From the IMG/VR virus record IMGVR_UViG_3300045391_004887, positions 1 through 64,000 of that record: DNA of 64,000 nucleotides; one strand, 5' to 3'. A program made the translations under genes and the position numbers. The notes below the pieces were generated by a model, which searched no databases, was not told the DNA's origin, and worked only from the letters and a program-made list of their open reading frames with translations. The DNA comes from a virus. Positions within the stretch are counted from its first letter, which is position 1. Every line of letters begins with the position of its first letter. Shown here piece by piece: positions 50,359-58,633 of this stretch.

Positions 50359-50380
50359 TGGTTGCAGGCGCCGCGCACAA

Positions 50381-50805
50381 TGGGCTACACGGGCCTCATG
50401 GGAGATAAGGACCCGGCGCGTGGGCGCCGGTACAAGGCCGCGCGCATTGCCTACGGCAAACGCCTAGGGCGGCACGTGACCCAGAAGCAGGTCGCTGAGG
50501 CGCTCGGCCTGAAGAAGGGAACGGTGAGCCGCTGGGAGGCCGGAACGCATCCGCCGGACGATCCAGAGGCGGTCGCGAAATTCTACGGATGCTCGCCCGC
50601 CTATCTCCAATACGGTCACGGCCAGCTCGAGTTCATCGACCCGCCGTACTCGGCTTGGGACGAGTTCGTGGCCACTGAACACCCGGAACCGTGGCTGATT
50701 TCCTCATTGCGCACATTCAGCACCTTTGAAGGTCCGGAGCCCGATCTTGGGCTATACCGACTCCTGGCTTTCGCGCTAACCCAGCATAGAAACAAGGCCA
50801 ACTAG
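50381..50805 (+). CDS. CI-like repressor: XRE HTH plus C-terminal domain (about 141 aa; start may be ATG 50381 or 50398)
   Basis: …GRHVTQKQVAEALGLKKGTVSRWEAG… then …PPYSAWDEFVATEHPEPWLISSLRTFSTFEGPEPDLGLYRLLAFAL… The track start at 50314 would place the palindrome inside the CDS. Confidence 0.75.
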
Positions 50806-50857
50806 CTGTTTCGGGGCGGTTGCCGTGCAGAACGGGCTGGCGTAGCTTGGCCGGCCT

Positions 50858-51109
50858 ATGGGACATCCGTATCCGGCCTTCGACGCCTACCTTAGCAGTC
50901 CCGACTCACAATCAGCTCTGCCGTGGCAGCTTGCCTCACTGGCTGCCCTCAGGTTCGTCGACATAGAGCCGACCGTCGAGCTCTACCGCGACCTGCGGTC
51001 TGCCCTTGACACGGCGACGAAGCCGTTGCCGGGCTCGCCCGGGCTCGCGACCGCCTCGCCGCGCGACCACGCCGTCGCCCCCCGGGTGTCTACCGGCGAG
51101 CGCCGCTGA
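50858..51109 (+). CDS. Stand-alone paralogue of the repressor C-terminal domain (83 aa)
   Basis: HPYPAFDAYLSSPDSQSALPWQLASLAALRFVDIEPTVELYRDLRSAL aligns with PPYSAWDEFVATEHPE--PWLISSLRTFSTFEGPEPDLGLYRLLAFAL of 50381..50805. Confidence 0.55.
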   Translation: MGHPYPAFDAYLSSPDSQSALPWQLASLAALRFVDIEPTVELYRDLRSALDTATKPLPGSPGLATASPRDHAVAPRVSTGERR

Positions 51110-51222
51110 GTCGGCCGGTTGCGCGACCACAGCAGCGGGGCCCGGCGCGCGAGGATTTACGGAGGTTGGCGTGTGGCTTGATCCCGCACATCAACATTTT
51201 TTGCGTTTGTTGAAGTAAGCAT

Positions 51223-51255
51223 TTGACGCGCACCAGGGCATCACGTAATGATGCC
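51223..51255 (+). promoter_or_regulatory. Sigma70-like promoter candidate (TTGACG-N17-TAATGA) whose -10 lies inside a 7-bp-stem inverted repeat
   Basis: TTGACG at 51223-51228 and TAATGA at 51246-51251. The inverted repeat GGCATCA-cgtaa-TGATGCC spans 51237-51255. The ATG of the next gene is at 51259. AT-rich run (…catcaacattttttgcgtttgttgaag…) just upstream. Confidence 0.45.
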
Positions 51256-51258
51256 TGC

Positions 51259-51471
51259 ATGCACTCGAACAACACCGCCGCCGAAGACCGCATCTGCAAG
51301 ATTCAGAGCGCGCTGCTCGATATGCCGGTCGGCACGACCGGTTCGCGCTTCGGCGTAGTCGTCACGCGTTACGCGAAGGATGCCTTCGAGGTCGGCACGT
51401 GGGGCCGCACCGCGGGCGTCGGGTCCGAGACCGCCGCTGAGCAGATCCTCGCGGCTCAGGTGAAGTCGTGA
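51259..51471 (+). CDS. Hypothetical early protein (70 aa)
   Basis: Internal ATG of track ORF 51223..51471: MHSNNTAAEDRICKIQSALLDMPVGTTGSRFGVVVTRYAKDAFEVG…. Confidence 0.5.
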   Translation: MHSNNTAAEDRICKIQSALLDMPVGTTGSRFGVVVTRYAKDAFEVGTWGRTAGVGSETAAEQILAAQVKS

Positions 51472-52496
51472 GCCGCCGCTCTTTGGGCGGCATGTCCGCG
51501 TCTGCCTTCTGGGCCGGCTTCTCGAGCGGCGCGCGCGTCGACGCGATGAGCGAGCCCGGTCCGGCGCCTATCTCCGCCGTCGCTTCCCCCGGCGACGAGC
51601 TCCACAGCCCCGCGGCAGTCGCCGGTAGTGCGACGACGGCTGCCGCGGGCGTTCCCCTCGACATCGTCGCATCACAGCTCTGCGCGGACGTGCGCGCCGA
51701 GCGCGCGCAGCACGCTGCCCCGCGCTACACGACGCCGACCTGCCGCGCTTGCCGCGGTGCCGGCTTCACGCGCACGGAGTCTTCCCGCGCCGAGTGCCGC
51801 GCCTGCGATGGCGCTGGCGCCACCGCCGAGCTCGCGCACGGCACCTACGAGCCCGTGGTCGAAGGCGTCGAGCCCGAGCCCCGCGGTCGCGAGCTGGCCG
51901 ACCTGCCGGAGCTGCGGACCCGCTTGCTCGAGTGGGCGCGGACGCTCGCCGAGTCGGTCGCGACCAAGACGCTGCTGTCGCGCACCGAGGCGCTCATGAT
52001 GCGCGACGAGTTCGTGCTGCACGTCGCCGCGCTCGACGAGCACAAGGAGCGCGCGGACGAAGCGGCAAGCGCTCGCGAGCTCCGGGACGACGCGCGCGAC
52101 GACGAGCTGCAGCGCTTGCGCCAGCAGGTCGCGGACGTCGAGCGCGAACGCGACGAGATGAAGGCCGCGCTCGCGGCCGAGCAGCGCATGCGCGAGCAGG
52201 ACGCGGCAACCATCGGCCACCAGAAGCTCGATCTGGAAGCGATGCGCGTCGAGCGTGACCAGGCTGTCGCGATCGCGCTGCAGGTCGCCGAGAAGGTCGC
52301 GAGCGTCTCGCCGCTGATGACGCAGGCGGCCGAGCGCATCCGCGATCTCGAGACGCAGCTGCAAGCGCTCGCGGACGTTCACGGAGAGTTGATCGTGCAG
52401 GCGGTTCAGCTGCGCGAGACCAAGCGCGTGCTCGAGGAACAGAACAACGCGCTTGCCACCGTGGTCGCTCTTAGCAGCGAGCGAGGTGTCGCGTGA
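51468..52496 (+). CDS. Coiled-coil protein with DnaJ-type CxxCxGxG zinc-finger pair (342 aa)
   Basis: CRACRGAGFTRTESSRAECRACDGAG, followed by a long heptad-like E/R/A/L region. GTGA-coupled. Confidence 0.6.
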   Translation: MSRRSLGGMSASAFWAGFSSGARVDAMSEPGPAPISAVASPGDELHSPAAVAGSATTAAAGVPLDIVASQLCADVRAERAQHAAPRYTTPTCRACRGAGFTRTESSRAECRACDGAGATAELAHGTYEPVVEGVEPEPRGRELADLPELRTRLLEWARTLAESVATKTLLSRTEALMMRDEFVLHVAALDEHKERADEAASARELRDDARDDELQRLRQQVADVERERDEMKAALAAEQRMREQDAATIGHQKLDLEAMRVERDQAVAIALQVAEKVASVSPLMTQAAERIRDLETQLQALADVHGELIVQAVQLRETKRVLEEQNNALATVVALSSERGVA

Positions 52497-52975
52497 GCGC
52501 GATCGTCGTATTCGGCGAGCGCTCGAACGGAGCACGCGCATGCGGTTTCAGCGTGGGCGAGGACATCGGCGTGCTGATCACTCCGAGCGGCCGTGAGCAC
52601 AACGAGCACGCCGTGAAGCTCGCTCGCCAGCTCGCGGACACGGCGGCCAGCATCGAAGCGGCCGAGAGCGCCGCGCGCAAAGCCAAGGCCGATGCGGACG
52701 AGGCGGTCGCGCGCGCTCACGCCAATGAGGAGCGGGCGCTCGCGCAGGTCCCACCCAAGTCGCCTGCTCGGCTCATGAGCACCGGCTATGTGCGCTTCGA
52801 CACCCGCGGCGGTTTGTGGGTGTTGGGGAAGCGCGAGCACGGTTTCGCGGCCTTCGGTTATCGCTGCGATGACTGGGACGACTTGTTCCGCCGCTTCAAC
52901 GTGCGGGTCACTGGCCACGGAACCGACGTGCACGGCGCATGGTGGTCGGTCGAGAACGCGGCGGTGTCGCCATGA
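52493..52975 (+). CDS. Hypothetical protein (160 aa)
   Basis: GTGA-coupled. Balanced composition. Confidence 0.55.
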   Translation: MSAIVVFGERSNGARACGFSVGEDIGVLITPSGREHNEHAVKLARQLADTAASIEAAESAARKAKADADEAVARAHANEERALAQVPPKSPARLMSTGYVRFDTRGGLWVLGKREHGFAAFGYRCDDWDDLFRRFNVRVTGHGTDVHGAWWSVENAAVSP

Positions 52976-53157
52976 CCTCGCGGCGCGTCACCGTCGGCGT
53001 TCCGATGCTCGCGCGCCCGCGCCGCGAGGTCGTCGAGCTACATGTCGCCCGAGCGCGCGCGCTGGGCGAGGCCGCGGTCTGGGCGGTGGACATCGGGCTC
53101 GCGGTCACGCTGGCGACCTTCACGGGGATCGCTGCGCTGCGCTGGTGGGGGTTCTGA
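52972..53157 (+). CDS. Small protein with C-terminal TM (61 aa)
   Basis: ATGA overlap. …AAVWAVDIGLAVTLATFTGIAALRWWGF. Confidence 0.45.
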   Translation: MTSRRVTVGVPMLARPRREVVELHVARARALGEAAVWAVDIGLAVTLATFTGIAALRWWGF

Positions 53158-53441
53158 TGGCCAAGACGACCAAGCTGCTGCCACGCGCTCGCGCGGAAGC
53201 GATGACGCTCGCGGAGCTCGGGCGCATTCTCAAGAACCGCCGGATCGAGATGCGGCTCGAGCGCATCGGCAAAGGGTCAGCACACAGCTGCAGGATCCTC
53301 GTCGAGGGCGTCGTCTACGCGCGCGCGACCGGGCGCACGGCCATCGATGCGCAGCTCAACGCCTGGACCAACGCGTTCGAGCGCAACGACTCGGCGGAGG
53401 CGCAGGCAGAGGCGTTCGTGCGCCGGGAGGCGCTGGCGTGA
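53157..53441 (+). CDS. Hypothetical protein (94 aa)
   Basis: ATG shares 1 nt with the upstream TGA. MAKTTKLLPRARAEAMTLAELGRILKNRRIEMRLERIGKGSAHSCRILVEGVVYARATG…. Confidence 0.5.
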   Translation: MAKTTKLLPRARAEAMTLAELGRILKNRRIEMRLERIGKGSAHSCRILVEGVVYARATGRTAIDAQLNAWTNAFERNDSAEAQAEAFVRREALA

Positions 53442-53638
53442 AGATCCACCCTGTCATCGCGGCGCTTGTGGCCGACAGCTTCGAGCTGCGCATGGAGCGC
53501 GCGAAGCCTGGTGCGGTGCGATGCCCGACCTGCGGCGCGGTGCACGCCGATGCCGAGCTCGCATCGATGAGCCCGCGTTGCCGGCTGTGCGGTCGACGGT
53601 TCTTCGACCCACGCAACGCCCGCGGAGCCGAGGCATGA
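53438..53638 (+). CDS. Small zinc-ribbon protein (66 aa)
   Basis: GTGA overlap. CPTCGAVHADAELASMSPRCRLCG. Confidence 0.5.
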   Translation: MKIHPVIAALVADSFELRMERAKPGAVRCPTCGAVHADAELASMSPRCRLCGRRFFDPRNARGAEA

Positions 53639-54003
53639 GCGCCGAGCTCGTCACCAACTTCGACGAAGCGCGCGCGGCGCTGCTTGCTCGCCGCGATGCC
53701 CTCATCGAAGAGCTCAGGGGGCTGCCAGCACGCCGGCTCGCGCTCCGCGATGAGATTGCGACGCTCGACGCCGCGCTGGGCAGCCGGAGAGCGCCTCGCG
53801 ATTCCATCATCCCCAGCGCGACGAGGATTCTCGCTCAGGGACCGATGCTGCTCAACCGCCTGGCGGAGATCGTAGCCGCTGAGGTCGGCGCCACCGTCAA
53901 TAGCGTGAAGTCCAACGTCTGCAGAGCCAAGCGCGCCGGCAAGTTCTGCCACGACCCGAAGACGGGGCGGTACTCGCTGCCTGTGGGGAGCGACCATGCC
54001 TAA
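53635..54003 (+). CDS. Hypothetical (winged-helix-like) protein (122 aa)
   Basis: ATGA overlap. MSAELVTNFDEARAALLARRDALIEELRGL…. Confidence 0.5.
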   Translation: MSAELVTNFDEARAALLARRDALIEELRGLPARRLALRDEIATLDAALGSRRAPRDSIIPSATRILAQGPMLLNRLAEIVAAEVGATVNSVKSNVCRAKRAGKFCHDPKTGRYSLPVGSDHA

Positions 54004-54451
54004 CGAGATCGCTCTCTACGGCTTGGACCGTGTCCGCAAGGTGCTCGGTGATCTGTTCGTCGCCGCCGACTACCCGGGCGGTCCGAAGCAGATGCACCGC
54101 GATCTGCTCGACGCCGAGCACCATGCCGATCTGATCTCCGACCGCAACGCGTTCGCGACGGCTGTGCTCCGCGGAGACGCCGACGACTACATGCACGCGT
54201 GGCACGCGCGGTTCGGCGAGTCGCTGTGCGACCACTGCAACGACCTCTCAGCGCGGATGCTGCGCGTAGCGCGTGATCGGGCTGAGGCGGCTCACGAGCG
54301 CGAGCGCAAGGCGCTGATGCGGGCCCTGCACCTGATCCGCACCGGGCTGCGCGGCGTGGTCTCGTCGAGCGAATACTACGACGCCGACGCGTTGCTCTCG
54401 AAGCTCGCGCGCTACTTCGAGATCGACGAAGGGAGCCGGTCCGATGGCTGA
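53996..54451 (+). CDS. Hypothetical protein (151 aa)
   Basis: ORF-track protein with balanced composition. Confidence 0.55.
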   Translation: MPNEIALYGLDRVRKVLGDLFVAADYPGGPKQMHRDLLDAEHHADLISDRNAFATAVLRGDADDYMHAWHARFGESLCDHCNDLSARMLRVARDRAEAAHERERKALMRALHLIRTGLRGVVSSSEYYDADALLSKLARYFEIDEGSRSDG

Positions 54452-55382
54452 CGGTGGACCGATCGTTCTTGGCTCCGCGCTCGACCGCGAGCGCTGGAAG
54501 CAGCTGCGGCGCTCCGGGATCGGGGCGTCCGAGATCGCTGCCGTGCTCGGCGAATCGCCGTGGCTCAGCGCTATCGAGCTGTACGCGGTCAAGATCGGTC
54601 AGAGCGATGGCGATCCGTCGCTCGACACGGCAGAGCACGTCTACTGGGGCAACCAGCTCGAGGCCGCGATCATCGCCGGCTATCAGGACCGTACCGGCCG
54701 GCCGGTCAAGCGGTCCGCCGTCCTGCTGCGCTCAGCCGAGCACCCGTGGGCCATCTGCACGCTCGACGGCGAGACGGGCGACGTGGGCGGAGAGCCGTCG
54801 TGGCCGCTCGAGATCAAGAACGTCGGCATGCACAAGGCCGTGGAGTGGGAGGATGGCCCGCCGCCCCACTACCGCCTTCAGCTGCAGCACCAAATGCTGG
54901 TGACGGGCGCGCACAAGGCGACGGCCGCCGCACTGATCGGTGGCCAGCGCCTGGTGTGGTGCGACGTCGAGCGCGATGAGATCGAGATCCGCCGCATCAA
55001 GCACGCCGGCCGCATCTTCTGGGAACAGTGCGTGGAAGCGGGCGTGTGCCCCAAGCCGGACGGCAGCGACAGCGCATCGCGCGCGCTCGCCGCGCTCTAC
55101 AGCAAGCGGCCTGACCCGGAGTCGTTCGTGCAGCTCGGCGGCGACCTGCTCGATCTCGACGAGGAGCTGTGCGGCCTGAAGGAAGCGCAGCGCACGCTCA
55201 AGCAGCGCATCGATCTGATCGAGCAGCACATCAAGGCAGCGATCGGTGAGGCCGAGTACGGCGCGCTGCCGAACGGTACTCGCTACAGCTGGAAGCAGCA
55301 GACCAGGGCCGCGTACGCAGTCGACGAAGCCACGTTCCGCGTGCTGCGCAGGCACGCAAGTAAGCAGGAGAAGAGCAGATGA
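54444..55382 (+). CDS. YqaJ-type (lambda-Exo-like, PD-(D/E)xK) recombination exonuclease (312 aa)
   Basis: …RSGIGASEIAAVLGESPWLSAIELYAVKIG… and …LEIKNVG… are typical of the YqaJ family. Immediately upstream of recT. Confidence 0.8.
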   Translation: MADGGPIVLGSALDRERWKQLRRSGIGASEIAAVLGESPWLSAIELYAVKIGQSDGDPSLDTAEHVYWGNQLEAAIIAGYQDRTGRPVKRSAVLLRSAEHPWAICTLDGETGDVGGEPSWPLEIKNVGMHKAVEWEDGPPPHYRLQLQHQMLVTGAHKATAAALIGGQRLVWCDVERDEIEIRRIKHAGRIFWEQCVEAGVCPKPDGSDSASRALAALYSKRPDPESFVQLGGDLLDLDEELCGLKEAQRTLKQRIDLIEQHIKAAIGEAEYGALPNGTRYSWKQQTRAAYAVDEATFRVLRRHASKQEKSR

Positions 55383-56317
55383 GCACTGGACCGCAGACCA
55401 AGCCGAACGGTGAGATCGTGAAGAAGCAGGCAGACCCAGCGGGGGACCTGCGGCAGATGCTCCGCAAGATGCTGCCGGAGATCGAGCGCGCGCTGCCCAA
55501 GCACGTCACGCCCGATCGCATGGCGCGCGTCGCCACCACCGCGCTGACGACGACCAAAGACCTCGCGCTGTGCACGATCCCCAGCTTCGTTGGCTGCGTC
55601 ATGCAGGCCGCACAGCTTGGGCTCGAGGTCAACACGCCGCTCGGGCATGCCTACCTCATCCCGCGCAAGGCGAAGAACCTGCAGCCGTCGCAGCGCAACT
55701 GCACGCTGATCATCGGCTATCAGGGCTTCATCGAGCTGGCGCGGCGTAGCGGCATGGTGTCGAGCATCTACGCCTACGCCGTGCGCGATGGCGACGCCTT
55801 CGAGTACGAGCTCGGGCTCGAGCCGACGCTCAAGCACAAGCCGAGCGAGGCAGAGGACCGCGAGAAGAAGAAGATCACGCACGTCTACGCGGTCGCGAAG
55901 ATGCGCGATTCCGACGAGCGCGTGTTCGTGGTGCTGACCCGCGCGCAGATCGAGGCTCGACGGCTGCGCGGCGCATCGGCCAGCGCGGACACTCCCTGGG
56001 ATACCGACTACGAGGCCATGGCCCTGAAGAGCGCGGTGCGTGCGCTCTGGAAGTGGCTTCCGAAGAGCGCCGAGATCGCGCGCGCGACGGCTCTCGAGGA
56101 CGCGGCGGAGAGCGGGGCGTCGCAGACCAGCGTGCTCGATCCCACGGTCGCCGATGCGATGACGCGCGGCGGGCTCATCGACGAAGCTGAGATCGTAGCG
56201 GAGCAGCAACAGAGCGGCGGCGAGCTGCAGAGCGACACCACCACGGTGAGCGATGACGAGCTGCGCCGTGTCGCTCAGGGCGACAAGGCCAAGCCCGAAC
56301 AGCAAGAGATCAAGTAG
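55379..56317 (+). CDS. recT: RecT-family single-strand annealing protein (312 aa)
   Basis: …SFVGCVMQAAQLGLEVNTPLGHAYLIP…CTLIIGYQGFIELARRSGMVSSIYAYAV… ATGA overlap with the exonuclease stop. Confidence 0.85.
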   Translation: MSTGPQTKPNGEIVKKQADPAGDLRQMLRKMLPEIERALPKHVTPDRMARVATTALTTTKDLALCTIPSFVGCVMQAAQLGLEVNTPLGHAYLIPRKAKNLQPSQRNCTLIIGYQGFIELARRSGMVSSIYAYAVRDGDAFEYELGLEPTLKHKPSEAEDREKKKITHVYAVAKMRDSDERVFVVLTRAQIEARRLRGASASADTPWDTDYEAMALKSAVRALWKWLPKSAEIARATALEDAAESGASQTSVLDPTVADAMTRGGLIDEAEIVAEQQQSGGELQSDTTTVSDDELRRVAQGDKAKPEQQEIK

Positions 56318-56327
56318 GAGCCCTACC

Positions 56328-57011
56328 GTGATCGAGCGCACCTGCCAGAACTGTGAGTCCGCGTTCCGCGTGAAGGCCTGCGAGGTCAAGCGTGGCGGCG
56401 GACTCTATTGTTCTGTGCGCTGCCGCCAAGCCGCCAGCAGAAAGGGCTCTTTGAAGGCGTGCGAGGCGTGCGGCGAACCCTTCTACGCGCAGCGATCACG
56501 GGCGAAGTACGGCAAGGGGCGCTTCTGCTCGAAGGCGTGCGGTTCGAGAGGCGATAACAACGCGAATTGGTTGGGAGGGCGAAAGATCGTCAATGGGTAC
56601 GTGTTCCTCCATTCTCCCAACCATCCCCATGCCGACGAAAAAGGGTATGTGGAGGAGCATCGGCTTGTCGCTGAGAGGGTTCATAAGCTGCTCCTCCCGC
56701 GGGAAGCAGTGGTTCACCATCTCAACGAGATTCGCTCCGACAATCGCCCGAGCAATCTCGTGATCTGTCCCAACCAGGCCTACCACATCGCGATCCACAA
56801 CCGCATGCGGCGGATCGCAGCGCTGCGAGCGGTCGGCGGCGATCCCGCGGTGCATCAACTGTGCGTGCGCTGCGAAACACCTAAAGCGTTCTCGGAGTTC
56901 CATCGCACCAAGCACGGCCCGAACGGATTCGCGAGTACGTGTAAGGCGTGCGCGCGAGTGCGCTCAGCTGACAAGTACCAGCGGTTGAAGAATCAGAGGA
57001 AGGCGTCATGA
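56328..57011 (+). CDS. HNH endonuclease (HNH_3-like) flanked by zinc-ribbon repeats (227 aa), lower GC than its neighbours
   Basis: GTG 56328 lies 8 nt after AGGAG. …GYVFLHSPNHPHADEKGYVEEHRLVAERV…VVHHLNEIRSDNRPSNLVI…. Confidence 0.8.
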   Translation: MIERTCQNCESAFRVKACEVKRGGGLYCSVRCRQAASRKGSLKACEACGEPFYAQRSRAKYGKGRFCSKACGSRGDNNANWLGGRKIVNGYVFLHSPNHPHADEKGYVEEHRLVAERVHKLLLPREAVVHHLNEIRSDNRPSNLVICPNQAYHIAIHNRMRRIAALRAVGGDPAVHQLCVRCETPKAFSEFHRTKHGPNGFASTCKACARVRSADKYQRLKNQRKAS

Positions 57012-58525
57012 GCAAGGTCATCGAATTGCAGGATGTGGGGCCGATCAGCCGACTCGAGATCCCGATTCCCTCGGGCGGAGGCGTTGTATTGCTTCGCGGA
57101 AAGAACGGCGCAGGCAAGAGTCACGCGCTCGCTGCGGTGTCTGCGCTCGTGGGTTCAGGGGACAAGCCGACCTCGCGCGACGGCTCGCTCGGTGCCCAAG
57201 TCACAGGTCTTGGAATTCGGCTGACCGTCGGGCGCCGGACGGCACTGTCTGGCGAACTCGAGGTGACAGCCCTCGACGGCGAAGACCCGAGCCTGTTGGT
57301 CGATCCCGGCATCAAGTCGCCGGACGCGGCGGATGCAGAGCGCATCCGCTCGCTTCTCCGGCTGTCGCGCTCGAACGTGGAGCCGAGCGCGTTCGCTCAC
57401 CTGGTCGGCGGTGACACGCGTCTGCGCGAGCTGTGCGCCCCGACGAGCCTCGAGTCGAAGGGCGATGTCCCGGCGATGGCCTCGGCGATCAAGCGAGATC
57501 TCGAGCGGGCCGCGCGCGAGCTGGAGAAGAAGGCCGACGGACTCCGCTCGAAAGCGATGGGCGCCCGCGGCACGCTGAAGGACCCCGACGCGGCCGGCGT
57601 CTCCCGACACACGAGCGCCGAGGAAGCCCGCGCAGCCCACACCGAAGCGGTCCGCGCGCACGCTGCGCTCGAAGCGACAGACGCACAGCAGAAGAAGCTC
57701 ATCACCGCGGCGAAGGAAGCGCGCGCAGCGCTGGAGTCGCTCGGCGAATCCGGCAGCCCGCATGCGATCGAAGTCGCCGAGACCGCGCTGACTGAATCCG
57801 AGACTGCGATCGAGGCGGCGCGCGCCGAGCTGGACCGCAAGAAGGCGGCTCTCGAGGAAGCGCGCGCAGCCGTGGCCAAGGCTACTTCCGAGCTCGAGCA
57901 GCGCCAGGACACCGCGGCCGCAAAGCGCGAAGCGGTGGCGCGACAGAAGCGGCAAGCCGAGCAGCGCGCAGCGCTCGACCGGGCTGTCGCCGCCGCTGCC
58001 GGTGCCTGCGAGATCAGCCCCGACGAGCTCAAGGCTGCCGAGCAACGCGTCGTCACCATGCGCGAAGAGGCCGAGCGCTGGGTGATGCGCGAGAAGACCG
58101 CGCGCGTCCTTGAGGAAGCGGCGCGCATCCAAGCCGAAGGCGACGAGGCCGCGCGCGAAGCTGCCGACCTGCGCGCCGCTGCGAAGGGCACGGAAGTCGT
58201 CGTGCTCGAAGCCGTGCGCGCGATCTGCGGCGAACACATGCACCTGAACGATGGCCGGCTCTACGTCGACACCGAGCGCGGGCTGGAGCTCTTCTCCGAG
58301 CTCTCCGACGGCGAGCGATGGCGCCGAGCCCTGGACATCGCCGTCAAGGCAGTGGGCCGCGACGGGCTTCTCGTCGTGCGTCAGCAGGCGTGGGAAAGCC
58401 TGGACCCGATCGCAAAGGCTGAGGTCGCTCAGTACGTCAAGCAGATCGGTGTGGTCGTGCTGACCGCTGCGCACGACGCAGGTCCGATCCGCGCGGAGAT
58501 CCACGAGGACACGGCGGCGGGGTGA
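57008..58525 (+). CDS. Rad50/SbcC/SMC-like ABC ATPase with coiled-coil insertion (505 aa)
   Basis: Walker A LLRGKNGAGKSHAL, ~250-aa E/A/R coiled coil, signature-like LSDGERW, Walker B-like LLVVRQQAWESLD, then TAAHD. Confidence 0.75.
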   Translation: MSKVIELQDVGPISRLEIPIPSGGGVVLLRGKNGAGKSHALAAVSALVGSGDKPTSRDGSLGAQVTGLGIRLTVGRRTALSGELEVTALDGEDPSLLVDPGIKSPDAADAERIRSLLRLSRSNVEPSAFAHLVGGDTRLRELCAPTSLESKGDVPAMASAIKRDLERAARELEKKADGLRSKAMGARGTLKDPDAAGVSRHTSAEEARAAHTEAVRAHAALEATDAQQKKLITAAKEARAALESLGESGSPHAIEVAETALTESETAIEAARAELDRKKAALEEARAAVAKATSELEQRQDTAAAKREAVARQKRQAEQRAALDRAVAAAAGACEISPDELKAAEQRVVTMREEAERWVMREKTARVLEEAARIQAEGDEAAREAADLRAAAKGTEVVVLEAVRAICGEHMHLNDGRLYVDTERGLELFSELSDGERWRRALDIAVKAVGRDGLLVVRQQAWESLDPIAKAEVAQYVKQIGVVVLTAAHDAGPIRAEIHEDTAAG

Positions 58526-58560
58526 GAGTTCATGCGCCGGGCATGGTGCTCGGTGCTGAA

Positions 58561-58611
58561 ACCCGCGCTCCCGGGTGGGCGGTTCGAGTCGAGAGACATC
58601 CGGGAGCGCGG
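58561..58611 (+). promoter_or_regulatory. Perfect 13-bp inverted repeat (CCCGCGCTCCCGG … CCGGGAGCGCGGG) forming a large hairpin between the ATPase and the MazG-like gene
   Basis: Arms at 58561-58573 and 58599-58611 with a 25-nt loop, followed by cgTTGTGCTgaaag (weak U tract). Confidence 0.45.
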
Positions 58612-58633
58612 GCGTTGTGCTGAAAGAAAACCG

